From Bugula neritina (taxonomy: Eukaryota > Animalia > Bryozoa), in the NCBI GenBank assembly GCA_964035545.1, contig OZ037766.1, forward strand, positions 8,422,722 through 8,486,721: DNA of 64,000 nucleotides. The letters run 5' to 3'. Shown one piece after another: positions 1 to 15,091 of the stretch (its first letter is position 1; every line of letters starts with the position of its first letter). A program made the translations under genes and the position numbers. The notes under the pieces are model-generated. The model searched no databases, was not told the DNA's origin, and saw only the letters and a program-made list of their open reading frames with translations.

Positions 1-119
1 GCCAGCTGTGCTAGCATATGAGTATTTGATGGTTATAGAGATTAGACTTTAGAGTATAGTGTAAATAAGTTAGTATGTATCTGTATATGTATATTTATAT
101 GTATCTATATATATCAAAG

Positions 120-3100
120 GCTTGCCACTAGATGAAAATAGTAAAGCTTACAAGAAAGAGAAAAAGAAATGTGAAGGGAAGCTAAAGAAGTTATTTCACA
201 TAATGAATGCTGTGATGTCTATACCTTTGTTCAAGTGAGTAGTTATCTTCTCACTAATATTTAGGTGAGTGTTAGCATTGTACAGAGAATACATGTATAC
301 AGATTACACAGTTGTTGGCATGTACTTTAATCATGCATTAACTACTAGAATAGTGCATGTAAAACTAAATTATACAGTCAATATCTTTGTAACTGGCAAG
401 TTTCTAACCTGCTGTCACCTGTTTGATAACCATTAGTGCTAAAATGGGTTGGTAATCAGATTACAATTTGCTACCTGTTGATGCCGACTTAATCAAAGAA
501 GAAGCCTGCATCAACAGGTAGAAAATTGTATTTTGTAATTGACTTTAGACTCACCGGTTGGTTTCTGAATACAGTACTTGGTGCTTTGCTGAATTCGGTG
601 CAGGTGCACAACTCACAGCTACTGGTCTTGAAAGACGCTACGCTGGTTTGTTTTATCATTACTAGTTGATGAATGCATTTGTGAATACAGTTTTAACTGA
701 TTTTTCTTAGTTGTGCTTTATGCCGTCGATTGAATTCTTTAATGTTTTAATCAGTTTAGTAAATAACTTTTAGCATTCTTGTTTGGTTTATCCAGTTCAT
801 ACTAATTTGTTGTGTGTAAAAACTACCTGAAGATAGACATTTCATCACGTCTATTCTAGTGCGGAAAGCCCGTAGTTTACCTGCCAATGCACAGGAGTCA
901 CCTGGACTATATACTCCTGACTTACATACTCTGGCATTACGGTATTCGAGCTCCGTACGTCGCAGCTGGTGACAACCTCAATATATTCGGCTTTGGGTGG
1001 GTTGTGCTCAAACTACTTCTATAGAATCTTACTCATTGCTGTGGAATAAATCTGATTTTACTGTTTCTGTAAATGGAGAGTTGTGGTTCCAACAACACGA
1101 TATTAGTGCGATACATTCAGATGTAAACTTGAACTTAAAGGAAGAGTTTACTGATTTAATGAAACCTTAAAGTGAGTAAATAAAAAATAAAATTCACGTG
1201 AATCTCGTTGTTAGTAGTGTTTTGGAGTTTTTCCACGTAGTCCGTTTAAGCTTGCGACCCAACAGCTGACTGCAAGGCTGACTGCGACAGTTAGTAATAT
1301 TAAACAGACTCAAGATACTCATACTGATGAAAAATACAATTCTGTCTTTTATTTTTACTTACGTGTCTCTTTTGTTTTGATTCGGATAGTTTATTAGTTT
1401 ATTGCACGTATACACTGACAGCTTCGGCTACTTAATGTAGAAACTCAAACTTTAGTTTTGTAATAATAGTTTGGGTCTGTGATACTCTTGCTCCTGGAAA
1501 TATGCGGCAACCTTTAAACTGTTTCCACAGGCGTATTTTGCGTTCACTTGGTGGCTTTTTCATTCGCCGAAGACTGGATAAAGAAGTTGGAAAAAAGGAC
1601 CACCTATACAGAGCTGTGTTGAGTGAGGTTGGCGTCTTGTACAAACTGCTATTCGATTACAACAAGCTAGTCAAGTCCTGATGATAGTCACTCTCTATTG
1701 ATAGTTACCATTACGACTATTGAGATTTAAACATTAATACATTGTAGTATCTTGAGGAGCTGTTGAGACGAGGCCAGAGTCTAGAGTTCTTTATAGAAGG
1801 AGGTAGAAGTAGAAGTGGTAAAGCGTATTATCCTAAAGCCGGTCTCCTATCAATTATTGTTGACTGGGTTTTAGCATCTAGAAATGAAACTGATGGTAAG
1901 TATTCAGTCATATTTGTTTTAGGCTTACAAGAGTTGGCAATGTAGCGGGTCTTGCAATCTTATGGTTTATATGATGGTAGGAATTCAAAAGAGATTTTTG
2001 TGAAAGTTTTCTTTCATTAGCAAACAGTTTTTGTTTTTGTTTTTTAATTAAAAGTGGAAGCTAGTTAATAGCTTGCTGAATTCATGTTAGCGTGATTGCA
2101 ATTTTCACTTGGCACAGAAAATGAGCACTATTCTCAAAATTTTCAGTTTTTGGAAATTTGACTTAATTTTTTTTAAATATAGGCTCAAGTAATTATTTAA
2201 TTTGTTTTGAATTGGCGTTCAATTATTATACATGTTTTGCACCCTTTTCACCAATTCTGGGAAGCTGTAAATGAGTTGTGTCAACTGAATGAGCATGCTT
2301 CACCAAGTCTATGGCATGCTTATTCGGTTAACTGAGCGCTCTGAATTATACAAGTATAGAAATTTTTTAAAATCGAAATACAAATAAGATGCTGGTTTTT
2401 TAGCTGTTAATTTAAACGATGGTCTATAAAAAATTGCTATATGTTATACAGCATAAAGTATTAGCCTCACTAAAAAAACCATAAATGTAAAACTAACGTA
2501 TTAAACATAGAGTTATCTATCCTCGTGTTGTCACACATTTGGACAGACAAGTCTTACCTGATGTTTACACTTTATCCTGTATGTACCATTTGAGTAAACA
2601 CTTGTTAGAATATGCATTCATTAGGTACTATCCTTTTCCATTTATTTTACATTCATTCTTCTGCTTGTTTATTTTTCACTTTTTCAACATGTTTATTTTT
2701 TTGTTAACCCAACTTTCTTATAAATTTACTCTATTCTGAATGTATTTAATTTAAGTTACTGTAAATTATAGACTCGTTTGCTCTAGTGTTATAAATGTCA
2801 CAATATGAAATTAGATGCTGTTGTATTATATGTAAAAATAATTGTCTAGTAGAGTGCTTCCCCAGACTTGTTTTACTGTTCTAATTTCTTTATCAGGGAT
2901 ATTGAGATTAGATGCATTGATCGTGCCTGTGGGTATAAGCTATGAGAAAATAATAGATGGAGACTTTACTAGAGAACAGATGGTAAAATTCCTAGACATT
3001 ATATTATAAAAAAGTACTTTTGCAAAGCTGCCAGCCACAAATTAGTCTCAAAGTAATGCAACTTTGGAGCTGTTTGATGTTTGTATGAAATCAAATGGTG

Positions 3101-6100
3101 ATTAACTGTAGAGCATTGGTTTACTACCAAATCTTTCAGGTTTCAGGTGTTTGGTTTATTTAGATTATCTTACGTTTACAATTTTGGTTTGTAATGGTTT
3201 GCTATCATAGTCTGAACACTATTGAATATATTGTTTCTTGGAAGATATATACTGTTGCATTGTTGAACTTATATTTAAAGTAAAATAACAATCCCATCAG
3301 ACCGTGTAACTAAAAGGGCATAGTATTAATTTATTGGATTTTCTTTCAATTAGTTGTAGCAATGCTTCTTATACTTCTTTTATTTACTCCAACGCTTTAA
3401 AAATATTCTGTCATCACAGTAAGAACTCTAGTATAAAGAAGCAGATTGAAACAGAGGTTATCAGACTTAAGATATGCAATGTTGATCCATGCAATGCAAT
3501 ACACATGTATAATGATGTTTTTAGGGTATGGCAAAGAAACCAGAGTCATTTTGGTCAACAGTAAAGGCGATATGGAAGTTGTTCAGCACCACTTATGGTA
3601 ATGTTAGAGTGGATTTTTGCCAACCATTCTCTCTCAAGGTTAGCAACATTTTACCTGGTGAAAGTCTTACAATTAGACAGTTGATACATAAAGACAAGTG
3701 GCATGATTGAGGCCATTCATGTTCGCAAACATGCAGTATAATTCCGATCTGGTGTAATGATAATAATGTACAGCAATGATTTATAAAAATGCTTGTATTG
3801 TTTGATAAATATAAAAATACATTGATAAGGTAATGTAACTGTAAATTTTGAAACCAGAGCTAAATTTTCTCTTTATATGATTTTGAACACGTCTTTTGCT
3901 GCATTGTGTTAAACAATATCTTGTATTATGTTGTTTTTTATTATTTTAGGAGTATTTGTCCGTCAATGAAAGAAGTCTACTTTCCAGATCAGTTTCGGGG
4001 CTCAGTCCAGTGACTGTGCTGGGTAACCCCCGCCTCCAGGACAGCATGCAAGACTTATCTAAGGCTACAACATCGAGTGACTTGCTGACTCGAGCCACTA
4101 GCGGTAACTCCATATATGGTATTGACATCAGCAAAGAAGATGAGAAAGTTGTCATTGATGCTCTTGCTAGACACATTCTTTACAGTAAGTCTAATTGAAT
4201 AGTGAATCGAGAAATGTAATCATATGTATATATTGTGAAACTTGAGTGAAGGTATGTAACTAAATACAGGCTTAAACTTTTACCTTACTACAGCAAGTTT
4301 TCAGGAAATCTTTGTGCCCTGGTCATTCCAGGTACAGTACAGTGTGTATGCACAGGGCTTCTACTGTCTCACTATTTTTTCTATTCAGTCCAGTAACTTC
4401 TGTTGAAGTTTAGATTATACTTGAATTGATTTCAAACAGTAAGATATAATTTATTATAAATTAAGAATGAAATTTTGAAATTTGTTATTAGTATTGAGAT
4501 TTTGCATTTTTTTGAGAATCTTCTAGTTACATGTTGCAAAGGTTGGATGCTGTCTAAAATTTTAGCAGTGAGTTCATACTTGCTAGTAGAGCAATCTTAC
4601 AACAGCTGTATCCTCCCTTTAAATAACAATTTTTATATTGAATATGTTGGCCACTAGCTAACTGACTGTTGGGGTTTTTGTGGGTTAGGAAATATTGGAT
4701 ATTGATCTCGTAACAAAGGATGCATTCCATCATATTTCATTTTAGCAAAAAAAATGATGTGGAAAAATTAGAGCCTCTATTTTTTGCAAAAAATATACAC
4801 ATATATTTATTATTCAGCTCATTAATTAGCTTTTAATCATGCCTTATAGCAGTAGTTGTTTCAGTATATAACTTGATATGATATTGGTTTAATTGCTTAT
4901 TGCACTCATCAAAGGCTGGTCTGAACATCACTGGCTCATATCATTAATAATTATTAATAAACTTTCACTCCTTTATTACATCTTAGTTCATTTTAACTAA
5001 TAAAATCTACTTTCCAATAGCTTATATATTGGCTATCAATTATTCTTGCCTGGTATACTTGGTACCACACAGTGAAATATGTATACTTATGTACATAATT
5101 AATATAAAAGACATTAATGTATGTACATATAATTAGATTAGTTGAGACCCTGCTTTGCCTGATATTATTGTGGTGAGTGTTGAATGGCAATACATCAACT
5201 TTCTTCACAATGTTTTGCAATATTAAAATAAATGATTGTGCTTGCACTGAGTGAATGTTTCCTTTTTGCTATTGTTTTTTCCTTTTTATTCAAAATAGAA
5301 ATGTGTTTTTCTTCTGCTAGAATCATACGTTATGTTTACTTTTAAAGTACTTACTAAGAGTGAGTAAAGTGACTGAGCCCTGAGCTTGACTGAAGTTTTA
5401 GTTTTTGAGCTAAAAAATTAAATCGGAAAATTATCTACAATTTTATATTTATTATCAAATTAAAATTTATACTTTTGAATAATAGGAAAAGTTCTCTCTT
5501 ACAAATATCAATCATTGCTCTCACTTTGATGCTTTGAGAAGATAACTCCTTTCACATTAATCCAATATTTCTTTTAAAATTTGCTTTAGCTGCAAACTAA
5601 TGTGCAGGTAAATTCAGTGTTAGCTCATATCTATATTATGTGAATCTTTGTATTGTAGACAGTATGTGTGCGACAGCTATTATGAGTACAAATATTTTAG
5701 CCTTCGATTTACTCTCAAATTACAGACAGGTAAAAATTTACATTCTAATATCATTTGTGCATTGTACCACTTTCTTCAAACATACCTTATAAGTGATTTA
5801 GCTCATTCAACTATGTATTTTATCGTTAGGGATTGAAATGTTAATTTTAGTTTAGTGTAATCAAGTAGGATTATATTTGGGGTTGAATTGATTTACTCAG
5901 AATCTCCAATAGAGCCAATGAGATACAAAATAACCAAGAGCCTACATCCATGCCACATTTGTTATTACTATTAACTACTGGTTTATATTCCTCTTGTTGT
6001 AATATTTTAAAAATAGTTCATGACAAGAATTTTTTGAATTTTTCATTAGGATGTTTTTGCCACTAATTATTGCCATGCTATTAGTGAATTCTAATGAAAA

Positions 6101-9100
6101 TAATACTCTAGTTTGGATAATAATCAGCTAATTTCTTGCATCCCATTGTTAAAAATCTTGTGCAATCGTTCTCTCATCATAAGATAATCTTCTCAGTTGA
6201 TTGATGTCTCAGTTTTAGCAAATTGGTGTAAACAGATTTTCTATCTGAAAACTAGCATCTGGCAGTTTATCAGATTCTCCAAATCACGCGAATCTAGTCG
6301 GTTCATTCTGGTATCCAGACTGCAGCTGTTGTATCAGCCGATCAATCAATTTTTACTCTTTTTGTAGTCATTATTGTGTTGCATGGTGTCACTGTGGTCT
6401 GTTTTGCAATATATATACAAAGTATATGCGGCTACTTACATAATGTGTACATCCTAATTACTGCTTCAACCAATTATTTAGTAGTTTAGACCACCGTTTG
6501 GTTTATAATTCCATTCCTAAGGTAGCTTATACCACTGAGCTGTCTTGCCCACTAATGGATTTACTATTATCTTTCTGCATATCTTTATATCACTGGTTCT
6601 ACCTTTAGAAACCCCAATATAGTGAAATGACTAGCCATATTTTAGGTTTGCCACTACCACTAGGCTACAAGTGGATGGCATTAGATTAGAAGAGTAATCT
6701 CTTAATGGCAATGAAAACTAAATTGTGGTTTTATAAAAAAAGTTTATGGGGAATAAATTATAGCAAGTCACTGTCATTCAATCAGTGAGTGGGTTTTCCT
6801 TGCAAATTGTTGCAGGGTGTGAGTTTACCAGAGCTGATTAGCTCCATCACCAAGTTGAGGGAAGCTATTCTAGCAGCCAACAGAGATGTTGGGTTTGTTG
6901 GCCAGACAAGAAATGTGATAGCCCATGCGTGTAAACTTCTAGGGTCTAATCTGGTAGCAATAGAGCGAAATGGTGCTCCAGTTTCCTGGTGAGCAATTTG
7001 TTGAATTATAATCAATTTTTTTTTCTTTTCCAGGTTTTTCTTGTTTTCAGACCTGAATAGCCAAAGTAACATCATTAGGTTCTAATTATGAGCAAAAATT
7101 ATATCTTTGTGAAGCTGTGGCCCCTAATTCTTGATTTGGAGTTTGAATTCTGGTTATGTAACTTTTTAGATGTGAGGCCTTATAAAAAATATAAGCTATG
7201 AGTTTTTTCGTACCTTTCTTTACTCTTTCTGTTGACTATAATTACAAGTAGTTTCACATTAATAAATATTTCAAAATGTTATGTCATACTTGGGTACTAT
7301 TGTGCAATGGTTCTGTGCTATATTTTAGAAAATTAGTGTCAATATTTAAATTGAATTTTTAAACTCATCAAATTATTTTATTATTAAAAGTTAATTACTC
7401 ATTTCCTGAAATATGTTATTATATAATTGCAGGCAAGAGATTTATGACGAGGAAGGTGGTGATCAGGTGAAGATCACTCCCAATCTCTCTTTGCCACATG
7501 TTTTGGAACTTAGCTATTACTCTTCTTCCGTTATCTCAGTCTTCCAGCTGAAAAGCTTGCTAGGTCAGTTTCTCACCAGGTTCTTCTCTCTGCTGTCATA
7601 AGTTGACATTCTAGGGCACCTGTTGACATGCTAGGGCACCTGTTGAAACTCAACCTGCTGTCTTATCAACGTGTATCATTCTTTTTAGTGACTTGTTTTT
7701 TGTTTCTCATTATGATCAAAATGATCAATTTTGGATCATTGAAGGGCAGAGAGCGCATTCATGGTGCCAGTTGAAATTTGTATCTCCTGCATGCGAGACC
7801 CTGATTGAACAGCCACCGTCCTTAGGGTTATAAGCTTTCTAGAAACATTTTACTAAGAAAACATTGCCAGATGTGACTCAGCCAGCTGTACCACTCTGAC
7901 ACCCTTCTCATTTTCCATTAGTAGACTTTGTGTAATTGCTCTACAGGTGAAAAACTATTCTAACAGTTAGGAAGGCTTATTCTAGGATAAAAGGAGCAAT
8001 TAATTATTCCATTTTAAACCAGGTGTAAAAATTGCATCAGTGAGAGATTTGCCAAAGTCTCACCTTTTTTTCATTCTTTATAGTCATAAGATGAACCAAT
8101 GCTCTTTTACATTAGTTATGCCTCGTCTCTTATGTTTTAATGTTTGGCAAAAAATGTTGGCATTATCTTCATAGTTCTCTTTGACTTCATATTTAAAGTT
8201 TTTGTTTGGCAAAATATTGGAATAACTATTAACTGCTTCAGATTAGTTTTATAATATATATACAGTTGGAGGAGATTCAAGAGTCATATTATTTGCTGAT
8301 TTTATCATGAGCTTGCTGACTTACTTCTAATACTGACTCATTTCTTACACTGACTCACATCTAATGCTGACATGTGTTCTGCAATAAACAGCTGCTAAAG
8401 GTTTTATTTCTGTTCAACCATCTATCTTTGACCAGTGCGTGAATTGGATATGAGAATGTTTTCTTTACGGTTTACGATTTACCATGCAGGAGTCGTGTAG
8501 ATTATATACTACTGTATTGCAGCTTGCTCTATCTGTGCCGCATCTGGTGTAGCCCTTCTAGATAGTTCCACTGAGGATCAGTTCAGCTCCGTGTCAGTCA
8601 CTAAAGATGAAGTTGTGGAACACGCTATATATCTAGCTAGTCTATTCAAATATGAATTCCTCTTTATAGCTGTAAGTATTTTGTGTACTTTGCAACTAAC
8701 CGATACACTTTTGGGCTGTTTTTCAACTTTTGACCTACAGCAATGTAACGGAGCCTACCGTTTGCTTCTAGCACTAAAATTGCTTACCAAATCTGAAAAC
8801 TTTCACTTGCATTAAAGATATTTGTGCTTAAATTTGTTGCTGATTCAAGGCTGTGCTAGTGTATAACTTGTACTAAGTCTTAAGCATTAAGGGAAGCTGG
8901 AAAGCATCAAGAAGACGGTAAGGGAAAATGTGAAGATTATAGATAGCATCAGCGGAACTGTCTATGAGTCTACTGCAATAATGATTACTAATTTCCTTTA
9001 AATCTAAACATAAAGCTTGAACCCAGATTCTTAGTTCAAACTGTTGATCTTTTAATGTGTTTAAGTCCCATTAGTTGATATGAAATTATTATATCATCTG

Positions 9101-12100
9101 TAATTATTATACAATTTATAATAATCATATAATTTTAGTGTTATTACCTACACCCAGCTATATTCCAGCATCTGAGCCGGTCATTGTGGCGTCTTTCCAG
9201 ACATCTTCTAAGCATTTTTCTTTTTAACTTGCACTTGATAACTCTCAATTGGTTGGTGATTACCATTGATGATAGGTATCTAGTATATTTTTAAACACTG
9301 CATGACAGTTTCCTCTGAAATTGTTTTAATCCTTTACATAATTGTGTCAACTGTTTTTAATTGTAGATGTCAGCTTAAATTCAATTACATGTCTTTCTTA
9401 AGGTAATATCTTTAAACAGGAGAAATAACGTAATATGGCTCAGGCCATTCATTATTACATCATTATTGGAGTTTGAGTAAAATCCCATCAATACTTGGCA
9501 ATATTTCTCTTCTACAACGCTGAGGGGAACTTGTAATTGCTTCATTTTAAACTATGCTAAGCCTAGATTGCTCTTAGTCATTAAAAAAGACTCAACATTA
9601 TAGTTAAGACTGCCAGGGTTTGTATTACATAAGACAGATATTTCTTATATTGTATTGATTATATATATTCACAACTGTTTTATTTAATGTTTTAGCCGTG
9701 TAAAGATTTGGAGACTGAGCTAAGCAACGCCTTTGAGTCTCTCATATCGTCAGAGTTGATTCTCTCACCTGAAGCTGAAGACACGTTCAATGAAGAAGCT
9801 CAGCAGTGGACTAGTCGTATTGCTAGGAAGGCCATCTATGGCTTCCATGAGGAGGAACTTCAAGATCACTTTGTCCCTGACAAGCAGTACAAGGTGCTCT
9901 TGATCACTGAAAAGTTATAGTAGTCCACTTGTCTACTTTAATTGTAGTTGCAATTTGTTTTTCATTTCTAAAATATTTATAAATTTTGGTTTATTTTCAG
10001 CTGAATGAAGCTGAAAAAGACCAGTTTAGAAGACTGAGTGTTTTGCTGCAGCCTATGATTGAATGTTATTGGGTGGTTTCTTGCAAACTCCACACTCTGT
10101 TAGACCATGACCAAACAAGTAGGTGTTTGTTGGAATTTTTTTTCTCCATAATATATGTTTTAATGTACAGGGTAAAATTTGTCAAAATTAGGTGACTTCT
10201 ATTTGACTATTTATTTGGGTCAATAATATAAAGTATAATGTTTATCAAATTTTAACCATGCTAAGTATGTATTTTAAGTTTTTCTTTGTTTTGTGAAACT
10301 AGCATTTTTTTCTAAGCATTTCAATACCATAGTAATGTTATTATAATAATTTGCAAAAGTTTTGTATACGCCCAAACAAAAAATTGGCATTTTTCGAAGC
10401 CTTGGGGCAGGTGTTAAAAGCATTCTGGGATTCATAACAAAAAGGGTAACTTTTACTGTTCGTTACTGTGAAATTGTGAAACCTTGTACTTTTGATTTTG
10501 GCCTTGCATTCAACAAGGGGAAGGTTGCATTTCAAATCCCCAGGTTTAGATTTTTTTAGTTCTCTGATAATTATCTTCACAGGGCAATAGATTGTGTAAA
10601 AATAATTGATACCTAATTAATTCTAACCAGAAGAGGGGGGTTTTATTGTTTGAGATATTTGGTAATATTTAATTTAATAGTGTTTGCAGTGTATCAAGCC
10701 ATTAAACTTATCACATTTCCTAACCACAATTATAGTAGTTCTGATTATTTTCTGGGATGACTTTGTTTGGTGAAGGTTTGAAATGGCTGATGATTAATTC
10801 AGTGCAAACGCATTAATCATTGGCAAAGCGTAGACACCTCCATGACTACTTTCCATCAAGTAGCCATTACAATGCATAACTCGTGATTAAAAGAAATTCC
10901 CTGACATTTTAGTGAAAATGATATTCCTTTGTTCCTAGTCAATTAATGTGCAATGATGGATTTTATTGATTTCAAACCCTAATTTTTACAAAATTGAACA
11001 GCTTTCTGTTGAAAAAGTTAGCTACTAGTAAATTGCAAAAGTACAAATATTCCTGCAGATGTTCGTCTATTTGGTACACACCAGTAGATTGCTTAGAAAG
11101 GAAAGTCCATTACCATGTCTGGTTTTGATGGTGGAGTATGTGAGTAGTTGTGGTTTTACAGAATGGTAGATGTATAATAATATATGGTAGATGTATAATT
11201 ACTCACATATTGGGTAATAACCACAGTCTTATACATCAACTTGTCATGTTTCAAGTAGCAGAACTCTAAATTGCAGCTGTGGTTAAGATAATTCAACTAA
11301 GATAATTTGCAGGCACTTTCTCCTTTCTCTCCTTATAGAGACATTCCTCTTTGCTTTCTACTTTATTGCTTTCTGTACGCTTTCAAACTAAAAGCAAAAG
11401 AGTTATTCAGACTAATATAAAGAAGTGCATATAACTACTGATTGCTGAGGGATTGTGTTGGAAATTATGTGCAATTTTTGCAGTTTTAGACAATGAAGTG
11501 AAATCTTAAAATAAAAAGGTAGCAAATTCAGCAAAAAACTTAAATCTTGACTTGTCCTTTTCAGTTGTCTATTTCCTGTGGATCTATCCAGGTCTGAGTG
11601 TACTGTACTCGATTTGAAACATTTCAGCATTTTAATTTGCTTACATTGAAGCCGGATAAATTGAATGTATTATTTTGCTGATACCATTTTCATTTAATTA
11701 CAATAAGAAAACTAATTGATTCCTAATTAGTAACAAAAGTTTTAATTCAATAACTTGAAAGTATGATGACAAGTTAGTCCTTTGGTAATCCCCATATTTG
11801 ATTTTGAATTTAGTTCAAGGGAGATAACTATACGATTGACCATCTACTCTTCATTTACCATCTAATTTTATTTTCCAAAATATTTTGAGCTTATTATAAA
11901 ATGAGATGTCATTTATAGACAATATAGGTGTTTTTGATTATAGCATGTAGCTTATTAGCAATGTTTATCTGTGTACAGGTGTAAATAATAATATTTTGAT
12001 GATTCAAATAGATATATAAAAATGCAATTAAAATTTCAAGCACAATGGCAGTTTTGATTTATGTTTACAAGTCTGGTAGTTGTAGTTGCTTTGTTACTAA

Positions 12101-15091
12101 AGAGATGGTTTCACAGGAAACCTTTAATTTGTACGCCACAGTTAAAAAAAGCTCTGTAAACATATGTTTTAAAATACTAAACGTGTTGTTTATGAAATTA
12201 TTGAAATGTTTTGGTTTTATTGTAGTGGCAGAACTGACCAAGCTTATTCATCAAGATCTTATGTTGAGGGTTGAACAGGGTATTACAAATTACAGTAAGT
12301 TTTTAATCATCTATGGTAACTATTCAATGCTCATTGCTGGAATGTTGTTTTTGTATGATTAAAAAAAGTTATTTAGTTGAAATACTTCTAAGGCATGAAA
12401 ATTTTATTAGAAAAATGAATTTTTTGTCTAAATTCGTTATGCTTCAAAACTTGGCAGCTTTATTTTAAAATCTGTCGTGCCAAGATGAAAGCTGCAACAA
12501 ACCATTTGCCTTTTATTTCCTTTTTAAATAATTTAGTTCAGGATCAGTGATTTATGTGTGTATGTATGTACATGTGTGTATGTGCATGTGTGTATGTATG
12601 TACATATGTGTATGTACATGTGTGTATGTATACATGCTGTGTGTTTATATTAATATGAGAGCAACTTTGTATCTGTGGATTCCAATCTAGTTTGATTATA
12701 GTCAGGAATGTGGAAATGTTCAAAAGGTTGGAGTTATTGTATTCTTCTGAAACTATTCTGGTAACATGTTTTACCAACCTCGATGATTAACATTGCTCAA
12801 CTTTTTTAATCATGATTAACACTGGAATGGAGTGATTCACTCAGCATATGAGGTAGTCAGTGATGTAGCCCTAGCAACCAGTGTTGATATAATTACCTGG
12901 CCAGGTCCAGTCTAAACTAGCAGCATTCTGCAAGAAAAAGGAACTACATAAACTTGAATTAATCATGTCAATGAGCGCGGTTTGTCAATTTTATAAAGCA
13001 TGAGATATTTTATGTTGTTAAAATTCCCCAGCGTGTACTGTGTGCAGCGTGTACATGCTACTCAAATGCTTGGTCCATCTTTTTAGTATCAATGTCAATT
13101 TCAGTGTCCTTTTTACTTGCAAAGCTAAATCTAATGTGACACACTGAAGTAAATTTAATCTGTGAAAATAAATTATGGCAATAATGTGTCAAAGCTTTCA
13201 GTAAAATATGAACTGTATTCTGTTTGAAAGAAGTCGATGTTTATTATTTAAGCCAGTTTTTTATATAAGCTGTTCATGCAAAGCCTATTAACCATATTAA
13301 TAATAACTAAATTGTGGAAGTATTACATAACTCAATTAAAGGTATATTAATTGCATAATTCAGCAAGTGTATTCCCATAAAAGAGAGTAGTAGATTCTAT
13401 TTTGTTGTTTATGATGGTGGCTGTATTGTTCTGCCAGTCTATGGGTATCTGGTATAAGCAAGAGTGGTGGAAGTGAGGAGAGGCGTTGACTTCTGGTAGA
13501 TTCATTGGGATTCTAGAGTCTCGCAGTCTGACAGCTATAATTAGATTTGTATGCACTCAACTTCTGTAAAATCTAATTCAGACAAAAGACTTGAATGTTA
13601 ATCCAATTTTAGAGCTGGAATGATTGACTCAGATGGGAAATACTACACTTTCACAAATTTATTTAAATCAATCCCTCTATTGCTTTGCAATAAACCATCC
13701 ATCACTGCAGCTGAATTAATATGACTAATTATTTTGCACCGAGACTCATTTGATAAGTTGTGGTTAATCCTGGGCTGGTTGAGTAGTCCGAGACAGCAAT
13801 GCTAGGCTAGTAACCTCGCTATCTTTTCTCAAATAGTTTAATATTGTTTTTTCAATGTACATTACCACAGTACAAGTTGTAAATTAAATGAAATAAAATT
13901 AGTGTTTTAAAAGGGAAATAACATGTTTTATTTATGATTATGTGCAAAATTGACAGTAATGCCATCAGAATATCTAGGGTAATTTGCCATTATAGTAATT
14001 AATTTTTACATTTGCTTTCATCCTCAATGTGAGGGGGGACCAACCCCAGCATGGCTACTTGGCTTGGCCCCTAGTTATGAAAGTCTCTTCGCTAAATCTA
14101 ATAACCTCTAGTGGCTAGTATTGAAAACCATGGTGACTCTTCTGGGTTCTCATTGATGAGGGAGACCAAAATTTAAGACCACCTGGATTTGTTTCCCCGA
14201 AATGCCTGCTATGATATGATTGCCAACTAAATAAATTTGAACATTTGGTGCTGCCCATATACAGACATTTGGTGCTGCCCATATACAAACATTTGGTGCT
14301 GCCCATATACAAACATTTGGCTAATCTTAAGAGAGAGCATTTTGGTCCTGAAGGCATAATTTCTTTTGCAACACCTTTCTTCTATAACCGAGGCTTTTTT
14401 CAATTTTTTTCATCTGTACACCAACCCAAGAGTCACTTGGTAGTTGGGAAGTTTGTGTCCAAAGTTTGATCAGATGAAGATACTTAAGTTTGTCTTATGT
14501 CATACAACTCCACTTAAACCTAAGAGACTACTGGCTTGTCTAAAACTGTATACATGCGTACTTGAGGTCTGTTAGTGCCTATCAACTAATAACTAGTACT
14601 TTTGCAGCCTAAAAACTGGCAGATACTTAACTCTTAGAATGGGTTTTATTCTTTTTGTACTGCTGCCTCTTGTTGCTGCTATGCCTATTTTTACTTACAA
14701 ATCAATTGTATGATTACATACAGAGGATTTATTTAATTCCTCCATACTGATTTTAGAGATTAAAGAAATCTTTTTTTTGCAAAGTTACCTGCCTAGCTAC
14801 CGATTTTGGACTGAGTTGCTAAATAAGACTTTTTGGTTTTGTGTAAGCCTGCAGGGCTTATAGATGTTTTCTCAGTCAGTCTGTTTACATTATCTTTTAC
14901 TACGTTTTCTTGCAGGTGAGTGCGTGGCTCAGGATATGGTGAAAAATGCTCTACATTCAATGTGCAATATGAAGGTGACAGAGTGTTATGACATTGCCAG
15001 CGAGAAGATGATAAGTCTCACTGATGCTTACAACTCAGAACAGAGTTTAAACGAGATAAATACCAGACTGGGCAGCTACAGACCTCTCTAA
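120..15091 (+). CDS. GPAM: Glycerol-3-phosphate acyltransferase 1 (mitochondrial GPAT1/GPAM-like), multi-exon, 5' end outside window
   Basis: Spliced exons (approx. 120-234, 549-645, 860-997, 1531-1628, 1749-1895, 2898-2982, 3525-3638, 3950-4184, 5659-5728, 6817-6988, 7433-7564, 8523-8671, 9696-9892, 10001-10118, 12227-12294, 14916-15091). They carry the acyltransferase motifs LPMHRSHLDY (HxxxxD), GGFFIRR, FFIEGGRSRSGK and IVPVGISYEK, plus YGNVRVDFCQPFSLK. Stop TAA at 15089-15091. Confidence 0.9.
12550..12645. repeat. Degenerate (TGTA/TG)n microsatellite
   Basis: tgtgtgtatgtatgtacatgtgtgtatgtgcatgtg... read directly. Confidence 0.85.
14240..14320. repeat. 24-bp minisatellite, ~3.4 copies
   Basis: Unit acatttggtgctgcccatatacaa repeated in the last GPAT intron; explains the repeated KCLYMGST in the spurious ORF. 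Confidence 0.9.

Noticed and set aside
14240-14320. Repeat array superficially resembling CRISPR or a repeat-protein ORF
   Set aside because: Head-to-tail 24-bp minisatellite without spacers in a eukaryotic intron
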